DNA of 64,000 nt from Candidatus Micrarchaeota archaeon. Lineage in GTDB: Archaea > Micrarchaeota > Micrarchaeia > Anstonellales > Bilamarchaeaceae. Location of the stretch: positions 1-64,000 of the forward strand of contig JBDRCX010000006.1 in assembly GCA_043821365.1 (NCBI GenBank), read 5' to 3'. Of the stretch, positions 17,509-26,748 are shown piece after piece (the stretch's first letter is position 1; each line of letters starts with the position of its first letter). Position numbers and translations under genes: made by a program. A model generated the notes under the pieces. It had not been told where the DNA came from, did not search any database, and saw only the letters and a list, made by a program, of their open reading frames with translations.

Positions 17509-20193
17509 TTATATTTTGATGACTGCCACTCTTTTTGCTCTTCCCTGAGCTATTCTGTCACTGCCGCCGCCAGAACCACCAAGTTCTTTTAGTACCTTTT
17601 CAAGAAGTGTTTTGGCACTCGAACCGGAATTTTTACCTGCAGCACAGATAACATTCCCGTGTTTATTAATAATGCAGGCTGCTGCCTTATCACTTTCCGC
17701 AACCTTCAATGCAAGTTTTTTTAGCGAAGATTCATCAAGATCAAGAAGTTTCATAATTGGATGTCCTGAATAATTTTTGATAATTTGAATTGCCTCATCT
17801 TTAACTAATACTTTCTCAAGATTTTCAATCTGCTTCTTTTGTTGTTTCCATTCATCAAAAAATCTTTCAACTGTCCTAACCAACTCCCCTTCAGAGACAC
17901 TTAGAACAATAGATGCATCATGCAATAGTTTTTCTTTTTCATGCATATATGCGATTGCAACAGAACCGCACTTGTAAGTGATTCTTTCAACCCCATCTTG
18001 AACGCTTTCTCTTTTTACAATTTTAAAACATCCGATTTCACCGGTAGTTGAAAGCATTGAATGTGTTCCACCGCATGCCTCGCTATCGATAGTACCAACA
18101 CTTACAACACGAATTTCTTTTCCAGGAACTGCGCCACCCTGGTATAGAGTAAACCCGTATTTTTCTTCTGCCTGATTTCTGGGTAGGACTTCAGTTTTAA
18201 TCGGAAGATTTTGCATAATATATTCATTTACTTTTTGCTCTATTTTCAGCAATTCTTCATTTGATATTCTTCTATAATGAGTAACATCAAGGTGGGCTTT
18301 TTCATCATCTTTATTGGATCCGCCTTGCCATATGTGTGGACCAAGAACATCACGACATGCTGCATTGAGTATGTGTGCAGCAGTATGATGCCTTGCAATA
18401 ATTTTTCTTCTGTTAAGATTGACAACTCCGATGGCTTTCATTCCTTTTTTGAATTTAGATGGATCAGCAACCTCGTGAAGAATAACTCCTGCTTGTCGCG
18501 TAACAAACTTTACTTCCACTTCATTTAATGATCCAGTATCTGCAACCTGACCACCGCTTTCTGGATAGAACGCAGTTTGATCTAGAACCACATATTTACC
18601 GTGAACAACATCCAAAACTTTTGCTTCAAATTTGTCTTGACGCTCATAATAGAGTGGTTCTGTTTTTGATAGATTCACTAGGTCTGATGATAAAACTTTC
18701 ACAGTTGGAGTTTGATCTGCTTTCTCTTCGCCCTCTCCTGCTTTAACCTGTTGATAAAAATTCCCTGGAATTTCAACTTCAACATCATTTTCAGCTGCAA
18801 CTTCCCCAACTGCTTCAGGAGGGATTCCTTGGCTCTTGTACAGGGTGATTAATTCGTTTGCAGGTATCTTGCTACCTTTTGCCTTTTTCACTAAATTAGT
18901 AACAATTGTTTTGGCCTTTTCCTTTGTTGCCTGGTATCGTTTTTGTTCTTCTGCAATCACATCTATTGTAGTATTGACACCGCTTTTCAGATGTGGGAAT
19001 ATATAATGTAAAAATTCTGCATGGCCTTCGATGATTTTAGCATAATCTAAATCATAACCATAACGGGTTTGGAAACCAAACACTCTTCTTAATAGCATTC
19101 TGAGGTTATAACCACCGCCAGAATTGCTTGGAAGCATCCCATCAGTAACTGTAAACAATAGAGTACACAGATGATCAGATGATGCGTAAAGTGCCTGTAA
19201 TGGTTCAAGTGTTTCGAATAATTCTTTTTTACTTACACCAAGCATACCTGCAATTCTTTCCTTTTCTTTCTCAAGATCAGGAACTTCATCTTCATTCAAG
19301 CTTCCTGAAATCTTTGCGAATCTAACAAAAAGTTCTTTGTCAATTTTCACTCCTGCTTTCTTCTTCATATTCTCAATAACAGAACCGAACACAACCTCAT
19401 AACTTGTTGGTTCTCCAGATGTTATCCATGCAAGCCTGCTCAAGCCTGCACCCATATCAATTACTTTTGTAGGAAGTTCTTTTGGACCTGAAGGAGTTAC
19501 TTCATACTGCATAAAAACACAGTTCCCCAATTCCAAACCACGAACAAAATATTCGATACATGGACCGAAATTGCCCCCACCTGCCCAAACATCTTCTTGG
19601 AAAACTATTTCTTCTTCTGGAATTCCAAGAGCTTTCAGATAGTTTAGATCGTGAGTGAGTGCTTCTTCTTTCCAATAAAAATTACCAGTTTTTTTAGTAT
19701 TGAATGCATGCTGTCCGATCATAACAAAATTAGTATAATGTCTTCCACTAACCCCAACATTACTAATATCAGAGAATCTAACACAGGGTTGTGGAACAAT
19801 TAGTGGGTTGTGTGGTGGTTCTAATTCCCCATTAACTACATATGGTTGGAAATCATTGATTGACGCAACTGTAAAATATAGATCATCCCTCCATCTTGCA
19901 ACAGTTGGATATGGTTTAACATAACCATGACCAGATTGTTTGAAATATTTTTCAATTACTTTCCAAGTATCAACATATCCCAATTTTTTCTTCACTGGTG
20001 TAGAACCAATAAACTGATAACCAATACACGACGGATCGCCACATTGTTCTCTTATGTCTTTAGCCCAAAACATCCTAGAACATTTGGCACATTTTTGTCT
20101 TTTGAAACCACGATCAGTGAGGATATTCAACTTGTAGTGTTTTTCCCAATCTTTAGCAAAATCTTTACGTAATTGATTTTTGTCAACGTCCAT
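17509..20193 (-). CDS. alaS: Alanyl-tRNA synthetase, archaeal type
   Basis: ARWRDDLYFTVASI, VGVSGRH, IDMGAGL, editing-domain HHTAAH and CGGTH, C-terminal GGSGGG. Confidence 0.97.
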   Translation of the reverse strand: MDVDKNQLRKDFAKDWEKHYKLNILTDRGFKRQKCAKCSRMFWAKDIREQCGDPSCIGYQFIGSTPVKKKLGYVDTWKVIEKYFKQSGHGYVKPYPTVARWRDDLYFTVASINDFQPYVVNGELEPPHNPLIVPQPCVRFSDISNVGVSGRHYTNFVMIGQHAFNTKKTGNFYWKEEALTHDLNYLKALGIPEEEIVFQEDVWAGGGNFGPCIEYFVRGLELGNCVFMQYEVTPSGPKELPTKVIDMGAGLSRLAWITSGEPTSYEVVFGSVIENMKKKAGVKIDKELFVRFAKISGSLNEDEVPDLEKEKERIAGMLGVSKKELFETLEPLQALYASSDHLCTLLFTVTDGMLPSNSGGGYNLRMLLRRVFGFQTRYGYDLDYAKIIEGHAEFLHYIFPHLKSGVNTTIDVIAEEQKRYQATKEKAKTIVTNLVKKAKGSKIPANELITLYKSQGIPPEAVGEVAAENDVEVEIPGNFYQQVKAGEGEEKADQTPTVKVLSSDLVNLSKTEPLYYERQDKFEAKVLDVVHGKYVVLDQTAFYPESGGQVADTGSLNEVEVKFVTRQAGVILHEVADPSKFKKGMKAIGVVNLNRRKIIARHHTAAHILNAACRDVLGPHIWQGGSNKDDEKAHLDVTHYRRISNEELLKIEQKVNEYIMQNLPIKTEVLPRNQAEEKYGFTLYQGGAVPGKEIRVVSVGTIDSEACGGTHSMLSTTGEIGCFKIVKRESVQDGVERITYKCGSVAIAYMHEKEKLLHDASIVLSVSEGELVRTVERFFDEWKQQKKQIENLEKVLVKDEAIQIIKNYSGHPIMKLLDLDESSLKKLALKVAESDKAAACIINKHGNVICAAGKNSGSSAKTLLEKVLKELGGSGGGSDRIAQGRAKRVAVIKI

Positions 20194-20367
20194 TCAAAAC
20201 CCTCTACACTTCTCTACTTGGGGTTCGTTATGGACGGCGTTCCGTCCATGATGTGTTCGTGAACGTTGCAACGTTCGCGACATTGTATCCCCATCATATA
20301 CCAATTGATATTGCACTCAAAACCCTCAGTAGATAAAATAAATACAGAAACATTTAACAGAACAGAT

Positions 20368-20622
20368 TTAACTTCTTTTTGATTTTCCCAAAATAGCCAT
20401 CCCTTCTTCAATGGTATGAGTTAGGGCAATACTCTTTGCTTTCTTTAGATGCTTATTGCAAAACCACACAGCATTCTCAGGATGGCAACAGATATTTTTT
20501 CTTTCGAACAATGAAAGCAACCTTTCCAATATAGTTTTTTTACGAACTAAAAAATAGACAAGATCACCATCTTTTTCGGGGTAGAATTCCTTATTGCAGA
20601 TCTTACAAACTGGGGGCAACAT
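20368..20622 (-). CDS. Small putative zinc-binding protein
   Basis: CKIC near the N-terminus; HP...WFCNKH near the C-terminus. Confidence 0.65.
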   Translation of the reverse strand: MLPPVCKICNKEFYPEKDGDLVYFLVRKKTILERLLSLFERKNICCHPENAVWFCNKHLKKAKSIALTHTIEEGMAILGKSKRS

Positions 20623-20651
20623 AAAGTGAATATCAAAGAAAAATTAATAGA

Positions 20652-21254
20652 TTATTCTAATCTCAAAGACCTAAGAATTGCCTCTTTTATATTGAATGCG
20701 ATTTGCGAATCAAGTGCAAGAACACGAATGTTCACGTGGATTGATTTTTCAGGTATGTATATACTCATAGCATAACCAGCGTATGTAGTATTGAAATCAG
20801 TCAACTCGAAATAGGATTCTGCAACATAGTATTTCTGTGCGACTGTAAATTGGGTTGGAGAATCGATCCTATCTGCCCTAAGAAGAGTATTCATAGAATC
20901 AAGTTCAATATCATCCAGAAGAAAATCAGTAGCAAATTTTGTAGGGTTATCTTTGAAAATCTCATCCTGATTTTCACCATATTCTTCAGTTGTATTTATA
21001 TAAACAAGATTAATTGATTCTGCTGGCTGATATGAATATGGAGAAGGAAGATAGTGAACACCGGAAAGAGTTCCGGGTTGGGAAGTTGTTACAATGTTCC
21101 CAGGATGATCAAAACTAAAAATCTCATTTGAATAATGACTCCAAACAGACGGCTGATTGAGTAATGGAGCTGGAGCTGGATCAAGCGGAGTAAACACTAT
21201 CTCTTCTGTGCATCCGCATAGAAGCAATGGAAGTAGAATAATTAGCCATTTCAT
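20652..21254 (-). CDS. Putative lipoprotein
   Basis: MKWLIILLPLLLCGC: signal peptide with lipobox-like Cys. Confidence 0.7.
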   Translation of the reverse strand: MKWLIILLPLLLCGCTEEIVFTPLDPAPAPLLNQPSVWSHYSNEIFSFDHPGNIVTTSQPGTLSGVHYLPSPYSYQPAESINLVYINTTEEYGENQDEIFKDNPTKFATDFLLDDIELDSMNTLLRADRIDSPTQFTVAQKYYVAESYFELTDFNTTYAGYAMSIYIPEKSIHVNIRVLALDSQIAFNIKEAILRSLRLE

Positions 21255-21643
21255 AGTCCAACCACCTTATGTACAGAATCCAAAAAACCCCATGCAATCA
21301 TAATTGCTTGTTTGGATTGGTGTCTTTCAATGTTAAGGATTCTTTGTGCAATATTTAATAAAATACCTTGTTTCTGAGTAAAATCAATTGATTCTATTTT
21401 TTTCCACTCATTTAATGGAAATAAATGCGGGTAGCTACCATGTAAATAAGAGAGAACAGTAGAAAAATCAGAATATATGAAACCATCACTGAATAAAATG
21501 GCAGATGCTGACATTCTCATTGAATTTCTAGCTTCATTGAATGCAAGCACATAATCACAATTGTCAAACTTCTCATTCGCAACGTCAAGCATATCCATTG
21601 CAACCTCGATGGCAAGTGCTGCTTTTGATATGTCTGGTTTCAT
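21251..21643 (-). CDS. HEPN-like helical protein (stand-alone)
   Basis: N-terminal helices (AMDMLDVANEKF..CDYVLAFNEARNSMRMSASAIL..G) resemble the HEPN pattern. Confidence 0.5.
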   Translation of the reverse strand: MKPDISKAALAIEVAMDMLDVANEKFDNCDYVLAFNEARNSMRMSASAILFSDGFIYSDFSTVLSYLHGSYPHLFPLNEWKKIESIDFTQKQGILLNIAQRILNIERHQSKQAIMIAWGFLDSVHKVVGL

Positions 21644-21707
21644 TGGATGAGGTATCTTCGGAAAATGATTTAAAACCGCATATACAAGATCCTATTGTGA
21701 ATAAATT

Positions 21708-23192
21708 ATGCAACTTAATGATATAGTATTTGAATTAGCACTTAAGAGATCATTTTTCTTTCCAAGTAATGAACCCTATGGTTCCATTGCAGGGTTCTAT
21801 GAATACGGACCAGTTGGAGTGCTTATAAAACACAAGATAGAGAATCTCTGGCGCGAAATGTTTCTAAAAAAAGAAGGATTTCATGAGGTTGAGACCAGTA
21901 TTGTGACTCCAGAACCAATATTGGTGGCATCGGGTCATGTCTCTAGCTTTGCTGATCCAGTTGTGGAATGTGAAAAGTGCAAAACAAAAATAAGGGCAGA
22001 CAGCCTTGTAGAGGAAAAGCACTACAACCTCCACGGAGAAAAATGGGATGGAAAACTTGAAAGTTTAGACACAACCATATCAGAAAAAGGGATAAAATGC
22101 CCAAAATGCAGTGGTTCATTTGGCAGATGTTTTATGTTCAATTTAATGTTTCAGACTGGAATAGGTGGTGAAAGATTAACTGCATATTCAAGACCAGAAA
22201 CAGCACAGGGTATTTTCACAGCATTTCCAAGAATCTTCAAAAATCATGGAACAAAATTACCTCTGGCAGTTGGTCAGGTCGGTAAAAGTTTTAGGAATGA
22301 GATTTCGCCAAGAAAAGGTCTTGTAAGAATGCGAGAATTCACCCAAATGGAATTAGAATATTTCTTCAACCCATCACAACCAGATTATAATTGTTTTGAT
22401 AAAGTCGAAAATTTCAAATTGATTATGGGCATTGCTGGGGAATCCAAAGAGATGACTGCTGCTCAGATAGTGGAACAGAAAATTGCAGCCAACCAGATAA
22501 TGGCATATTTCTTAGTGCGTCAGTGGGAATTTTACAGAAGAGTGGGGATCACTGAATCAAAAATGTGCCTTCGCGTTCTTGATAGTCATGAAATCCCGCA
22601 TTATTCAAAAGGCAATATAGATATGGAAGTTGAAACATCATTTGGTAAAATTGAAACAATAGGAAATGCTTACAGAACTGATTTTGATCTTACATCGCAC
22701 ACAAAACATAGTGGCCAGGATTTCAGTGTTTTTGTTGAAACTGAAAAGAAAAAAATAATGCCTCATGTATTTGAACTGTCAATGGGGGTTGACAGACTAT
22801 TCTATTGCATATTGGAACATTGTTATAGAGAGAAAACAAAAGAAAAGGACTGGGAATGGTTTGATTTCCCACCTGCAATTGCCCCATATGATGTCGCAGT
22901 ATTCCCATTGATGACAAAGGATGGACTCGGTAAAAAAGCAGAAGAAGTTGCAAGTTTATTGAGAAAAAGTGGATTGGATGTTGCCTACCGTGACAGCGGA
23001 AGTATTGGAAGGCGCTACGCAAGAAATGATGAAATAGGAGTACCATATGCTCTAACAATTGATTATGATACGCTAAAAGATGACACAGTAACAATAAGAT
23101 ATAGAAATGATGGTAAACAAGAAAGGATTAAAATTTCCGAATGTGAAATTTTGATAAAAGAAAACATCAAAAATGGGAAGGTGAACTTATGA
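21708..23192 (+). CDS. glyS: Glycyl-tRNA synthetase (homodimeric type)
   Basis: YEYGPVG, SGHV, FNLMFQT, RPETAQGIF, FRNEISPR, REFTQME, MGVDR, GRRYARNDEIG. Confidence 0.97.
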   Translation: MQLNDIVFELALKRSFFFPSNEPYGSIAGFYEYGPVGVLIKHKIENLWREMFLKKEGFHEVETSIVTPEPILVASGHVSSFADPVVECEKCKTKIRADSLVEEKHYNLHGEKWDGKLESLDTTISEKGIKCPKCSGSFGRCFMFNLMFQTGIGGERLTAYSRPETAQGIFTAFPRIFKNHGTKLPLAVGQVGKSFRNEISPRKGLVRMREFTQMELEYFFNPSQPDYNCFDKVENFKLIMGIAGESKEMTAAQIVEQKIAANQIMAYFLVRQWEFYRRVGITESKMCLRVLDSHEIPHYSKGNIDMEVETSFGKIETIGNAYRTDFDLTSHTKHSGQDFSVFVETEKKKIMPHVFELSMGVDRLFYCILEHCYREKTKEKDWEWFDFPPAIAPYDVAVFPLMTKDGLGKKAEEVASLLRKSGLDVAYRDSGSIGRRYARNDEIGVPYALTIDYDTLKDDTVTIRYRNDGKQERIKISECEILIKENIKNGKVNL

Positions 23193-24214
23193 AGAAGATT
23201 ATTTTTATTTTCGTTGTTGCTATTTTATTATTTGGATGTTTTGATGGAGAAACACCAGCAAACCAAACGATTGTTAACAATAATCAAACCCAGCAGAACA
23301 ACACTCCAATAACAATAGTAATTGGTGGTCAAACCAACCAGACAATAGGAGCAAACATAACAATAGAACCACCGGATAATAACACGATTTATACCGAAGA
23401 ACTAGAATATACCTATCAGCCTGATCAATCATTTGGAGTGTATTTCATAGATGTTGGATCAGATACTCATGGAAATGCAGTTTTTGTGAAGAAAGGCGAT
23501 TTAGATATTCTTATTGATGCTGGTCCAGAGGCCATGGGGAATAAAGTTGTTGATTTTCTTAGATCAAAGGGCGTTGATGATCTGGAACTCATAATATCAA
23601 CCAGTGCTGATCCAAGACAATATGGTGGGATACCAACGATTCTGAATAATTTCGTAGTAGAACAGTATTGGTGGGGAGATGATTCTTTTGGAGATCCAAA
23701 TTATGATGCTATATTAGATAGTATGATAGATAAAACAAAAAGTGTAAAAATAATCAAGGCAGGTATGAGTGTTGATTTAAATGGCATGAATTTTACATTC
23801 ATCAATCCTCAGACAGATAAATTCAATAACATAAATAATGATGCAGTTGTTACAAGGATAATTGATAGGAATTTCTCGTTATTGCTTACATCAGGAATAC
23901 AAAAAGGAGCACAGGGAAAATTAATAACAAAGTACGGCCAACTGATAAAGACCAAGATATTACAGGCACCTTATTATGGCGTTGGAGAAGGAACTAGTGA
24001 TATCGGAGTATTTTTAGTAAATGCAAACCCAACAAACATAATAATAACAGGAAGCAGTGACGACTCTGCAACAAATGGAGGGTCAAGAGAACCATTCAAG
24101 AAACTGTTAACACAGTACAACATGAAATGGAATGACACATACACAGATGGAACAATAAGAATTTTCAGCGATGGATATGAATATTCGATAAGTGCACTTG
24201 GTTCTGGACAATAG
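23189..24214 (+). CDS. Lipoprotein with ComEC/Rec2-like metallo-beta-lactamase fold and degenerate metal site
   Basis: Lipobox LLFGC; FIDVG, ILIDAG, GVDDLELII. The HxHxDH position reads STSADPRQ and the PHHG position reads PYYG. Confidence 0.75.
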   Translation: MKKIIFIFVVAILLFGCFDGETPANQTIVNNNQTQQNNTPITIVIGGQTNQTIGANITIEPPDNNTIYTEELEYTYQPDQSFGVYFIDVGSDTHGNAVFVKKGDLDILIDAGPEAMGNKVVDFLRSKGVDDLELIISTSADPRQYGGIPTILNNFVVEQYWWGDDSFGDPNYDAILDSMIDKTKSVKIIKAGMSVDLNGMNFTFINPQTDKFNNINNDAVVTRIIDRNFSLLLTSGIQKGAQGKLITKYGQLIKTKILQAPYYGVGEGTSDIGVFLVNANPTNIIITGSSDDSATNGGSREPFKKLLTQYNMKWNDTYTDGTIRIFSDGYEYSISALGSGQ

Positions 24215-24257
24215 ACCACCATTTAAATTATTTTCTTATGAACATCATTTCTCTGGT

Positions 24258-24384
24258 GGGCCTGTAGCTCAGCTTGGTAGAGCGACGGACTCTTATCTTT
24301 TGGAAATGGACAGTCAGTTTTGGCTCCACCTTTTCCTAAAAGGTGGAAATCCGTGTGTCGAGAGTTCAAATCTCTCCAGGCCCG
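24258..24384 (+). tRNA. tRNA-Lys(CTT) with 53-nt canonical intron (24296-24348)
   Basis: GGGCCTG/CAGGCCC acceptor, ACGGA-CT-CTT-A|A-TCCGT anticodon arm, GAGAG-TTCAAAT-CTCTC T-arm. Confidence 0.92.
24325..24347 (-). repeat. REP-like palindrome copy 3
   Basis: TCCACCTTTT-CCT-AAAAGGTGGA preceded by CAGTTTTGGC; inside the tRNA-Lys intron. Confidence 0.85.
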
Positions 24385-24516
24385 AATTTTCATCTTAAAT
24401 TAGGTCTTTCCTGATATATCATCGGGAAAATCGGGACGGAAGTGAACGAAGTTCGCAACAGGCCTGTTTTAGTTTGTTTGAGGGGCCAGCGCCCAGACAA
24501 AAGTGATGGTTTTTCA

Positions 24517-25053
24517 ATGAAGATAATAGCTATTTCTGGATCGCCAAGAAGCGGTAACTGTGAACGATTAGTAAAAGAGGCCTTAGAAGCAGCACAACTG
24601 GAAGGTGCAGAAGTAGAATTAGTTTTATTAAGAAAATTAAGAATTACTAGATGTTGTGGTGATGACCAATGTTACCATACTGAGAGATGCAAGATTAACG
24701 ATGAGATTAGTGAATTGATGAAACGCATAAGTGAATGTGATGGCATGATTCTCGGTTCCCCGTCATACTTCAATAATGTAACTGGACTTATGAAAGAATT
24801 TATGGATAGAACAAATCCATATGCTAAGTACCAAAGATGGAGTAATAAAAAAGCAGCAATTATTGTAGTTGGTGGAGCAACACACCGGTCTCTTGTGAAA
24901 TGTGCAAAAATAATCAAGGATTTTTTCTGGATCCATAGAATAAACGTTGTTACTACTGGATATTTTCTTGCTGAAAAACCAACTGATGCCAGTCAAAATC
25001 AGAAGTACTTAAAGAAAGCAAAGATAATCGGAAAAAAATTGGCAAAATCTTAA
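24517..25053 (+). CDS. Flavodoxin-like iron-sulfur flavoprotein / NADPH-dependent FMN reductase
   Basis: AISGSPR.GN, CCGDDQC...C...D, GSPSYF..VTG.MK.FMDR. Confidence 0.88.
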   Translation: MKIIAISGSPRSGNCERLVKEALEAAQLEGAEVELVLLRKLRITRCCGDDQCYHTERCKINDEISELMKRISECDGMILGSPSYFNNVTGLMKEFMDRTNPYAKYQRWSNKKAAIIVVGGATHRSLVKCAKIIKDFFWIHRINVVTTGYFLAEKPTDASQNQKYLKKAKIIGKKLAKS

Positions 25054-25097
25054 TAAACACATAATACATAATCAAATTGAGGCAAGGAGGTTTAACT

Positions 25098-25799
25098 ATG
25101 GTTAATATTATTTCTGTACGCGGATTAGTATTTCTGGCTCTTTTCACCATATTGGCATTGGTCGGCATGCAAATGAACTTTGCACAATTGGTTGGAGCTA
25201 ATGCTCAATACCTGACTTTCTTCCAATTCCTGGGCCCAATGGCAGGAGGATTCTTGGGAGTGTTTGGTGTTATTGCGGTTCTTGGTGCACAGGTACTTAA
25301 TTCTACATTGTTTACACACAATTTCGAGATGTTGACAATACTTAGATTTGCAACAATGATGTTTGGTGCCTATTACTTTAGTAGAAACTTCAAAAGAGGA
25401 TTTGAGGATAAAATAAGCCTCATTATTCCGGTTCTAGCAATGCTAGTATTCTGGATGGACCCAATAGGGCAACAAGCATGGTATTATGCTTTATTCTGGA
25501 CAATACCATTGATAGTCAAATTTATACCAGATAATCTTTTCTTGAGAAGCTTAGGCGCAACTTTTACTTCTCATGCAGCAGGAAGTATGATTTGGGTGTT
25601 GGCAGCAGTTCCAATGACATCAGAAGCTTGGACAGCATTGCTTCCAATTACAGCAACTGAAAGACTTTTGTTTGCAGCTGGAATCTCAGTGAGTTATGTG
25701 TTCTTTACAAATGTACTTAATGCAGTTGATAAGGTTACCAATGCAAGCAAATACATAAACATCGAGAAGAAGTATGTTATTTCCCTTGCAGGGAAATAA
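25098..25799 (+). CDS. Polytopic membrane protein, possibly ECF S-component-like
   Basis: Six to seven hydrophobic segments and a GGAGG RBS; function is inferred only from size and topology. Confidence 0.5.
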   Translation: MVNIISVRGLVFLALFTILALVGMQMNFAQLVGANAQYLTFFQFLGPMAGGFLGVFGVIAVLGAQVLNSTLFTHNFEMLTILRFATMMFGAYYFSRNFKRGFEDKISLIIPVLAMLVFWMDPIGQQAWYYALFWTIPLIVKFIPDNLFLRSLGATFTSHAAGSMIWVLAAVPMTSEAWTALLPITATERLLFAAGISVSYVFFTNVLNAVDKVTNASKYINIEKKYVISLAGK

Positions 25800-25805
25800 T
25801 TTTAT

Positions 25806-26423
25806 TTATTTTTTTATATATTGGACTAATCTTCCGTTAATCATATAATGACCTTTAGAAAAAGAATCAACAATTTTTGCATAAGCCGTATGTTCTATCT
25901 TAAGGATTTTGGCAGCAGTTTCATCAGCATCCTTACAATCACTAATGTCAATAGATTCTTGATAAATAATAGGCCCACCATCAAGAGTCTCATCGACAAA
26001 GTGAATGGTAATGCCTGAAACCTTCGCACCATAATCAAACGCCTGTTTCTGCGCATTTTCACCAGGAAATGCTGGTAAAAGAGCAGGATGAATATTTATG
26101 ATTTTATTTTTGTATTTTTCAAGAAGTGATTTGCCCTTAATAAGAAGCATATATCCAGCCAGAACAACAAGATCAACATTATTTTGATCTAGAATCTGTT
26201 TTATGTGTTCGTCCATTTCATCTCTTGATGCAAATTTCTTCTTATCAATTAGTTCAACTGGAATTGAATTTGAATTGGCAATTTGAATTGCCCCTGCTTC
26301 CGGATTATTAGTGATTAGAACAGTGATATTAGCATTGCATCTGCCAGCCTTTATTTCATTTACAATTGCTTGAAAATTACTTCCCCTGCCAGAAGCAAGA
26401 ACTGCAACTTTTACTTTATCCAT
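25806..26423 (-). CDS. purN: Phosphoribosylglycinamide formyltransferase
   Basis: LASGRGSNFQAI, VLAGYM, NIHPALLPAF, G.TIHFVDE.LDGGPII. Confidence 0.96.
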   Translation of the reverse strand: MDKVKVAVLASGRGSNFQAIVNEIKAGRCNANITVLITNNPEAGAIQIANSNSIPVELIDKKKFASRDEMDEHIKQILDQNNVDLVVLAGYMLLIKGKSLLEKYKNKIINIHPALLPAFPGENAQKQAFDYGAKVSGITIHFVDETLDGGPIIYQESIDISDCKDADETAAKILKIEHTAYAKIVDSFSKGHYMINGRLVQYIKK

Positions 26424-26456
26424 AGATAGATGTAGGATGAGAAGAATATAAATATA

Positions 26457-26696
26457 TTATTTCCAGGCAGGCATACCAGCCATTCTTTCATCAACATAAG
26501 CAGCAGCAGTTGCCCTATCTGCTTTTTTATTTTTCATATAGAAAAGGATCATGCCTTCACGCACTTCATGTTTTGGTTTCAACGTCCCATTTGGTAAAGT
26601 ACAATGTTTGCAATGGTGATTTGATTCATCCCCACCACCAAAATCAAACTTACTGATCATAGGCATACCACAGCTTTCACAAGTTTTAAACGTCAT
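26457..26696 (-). CDS. Zinc-ribbon domain protein
   Basis: CESCGMPM...HCKHC. Confidence 0.75.
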   Translation of the reverse strand: MTFKTCESCGMPMISKFDFGGGDESNHHCKHCTLPNGTLKPKHEVREGMILFYMKNKKADRATAAAYVDERMAGMPAWK

Positions 26697-26748
26697 AATA
26701 ACACCCGAAGTAAACAAATATCAAAGATAAGATGTAAATACTTTACGA

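Noticed and set aside
20214-20411. 65-aa ORF upstream of alaS
   Set aside because: It overlaps the upstream gene out of frame and runs through GC-rich hairpins; probably spurious.
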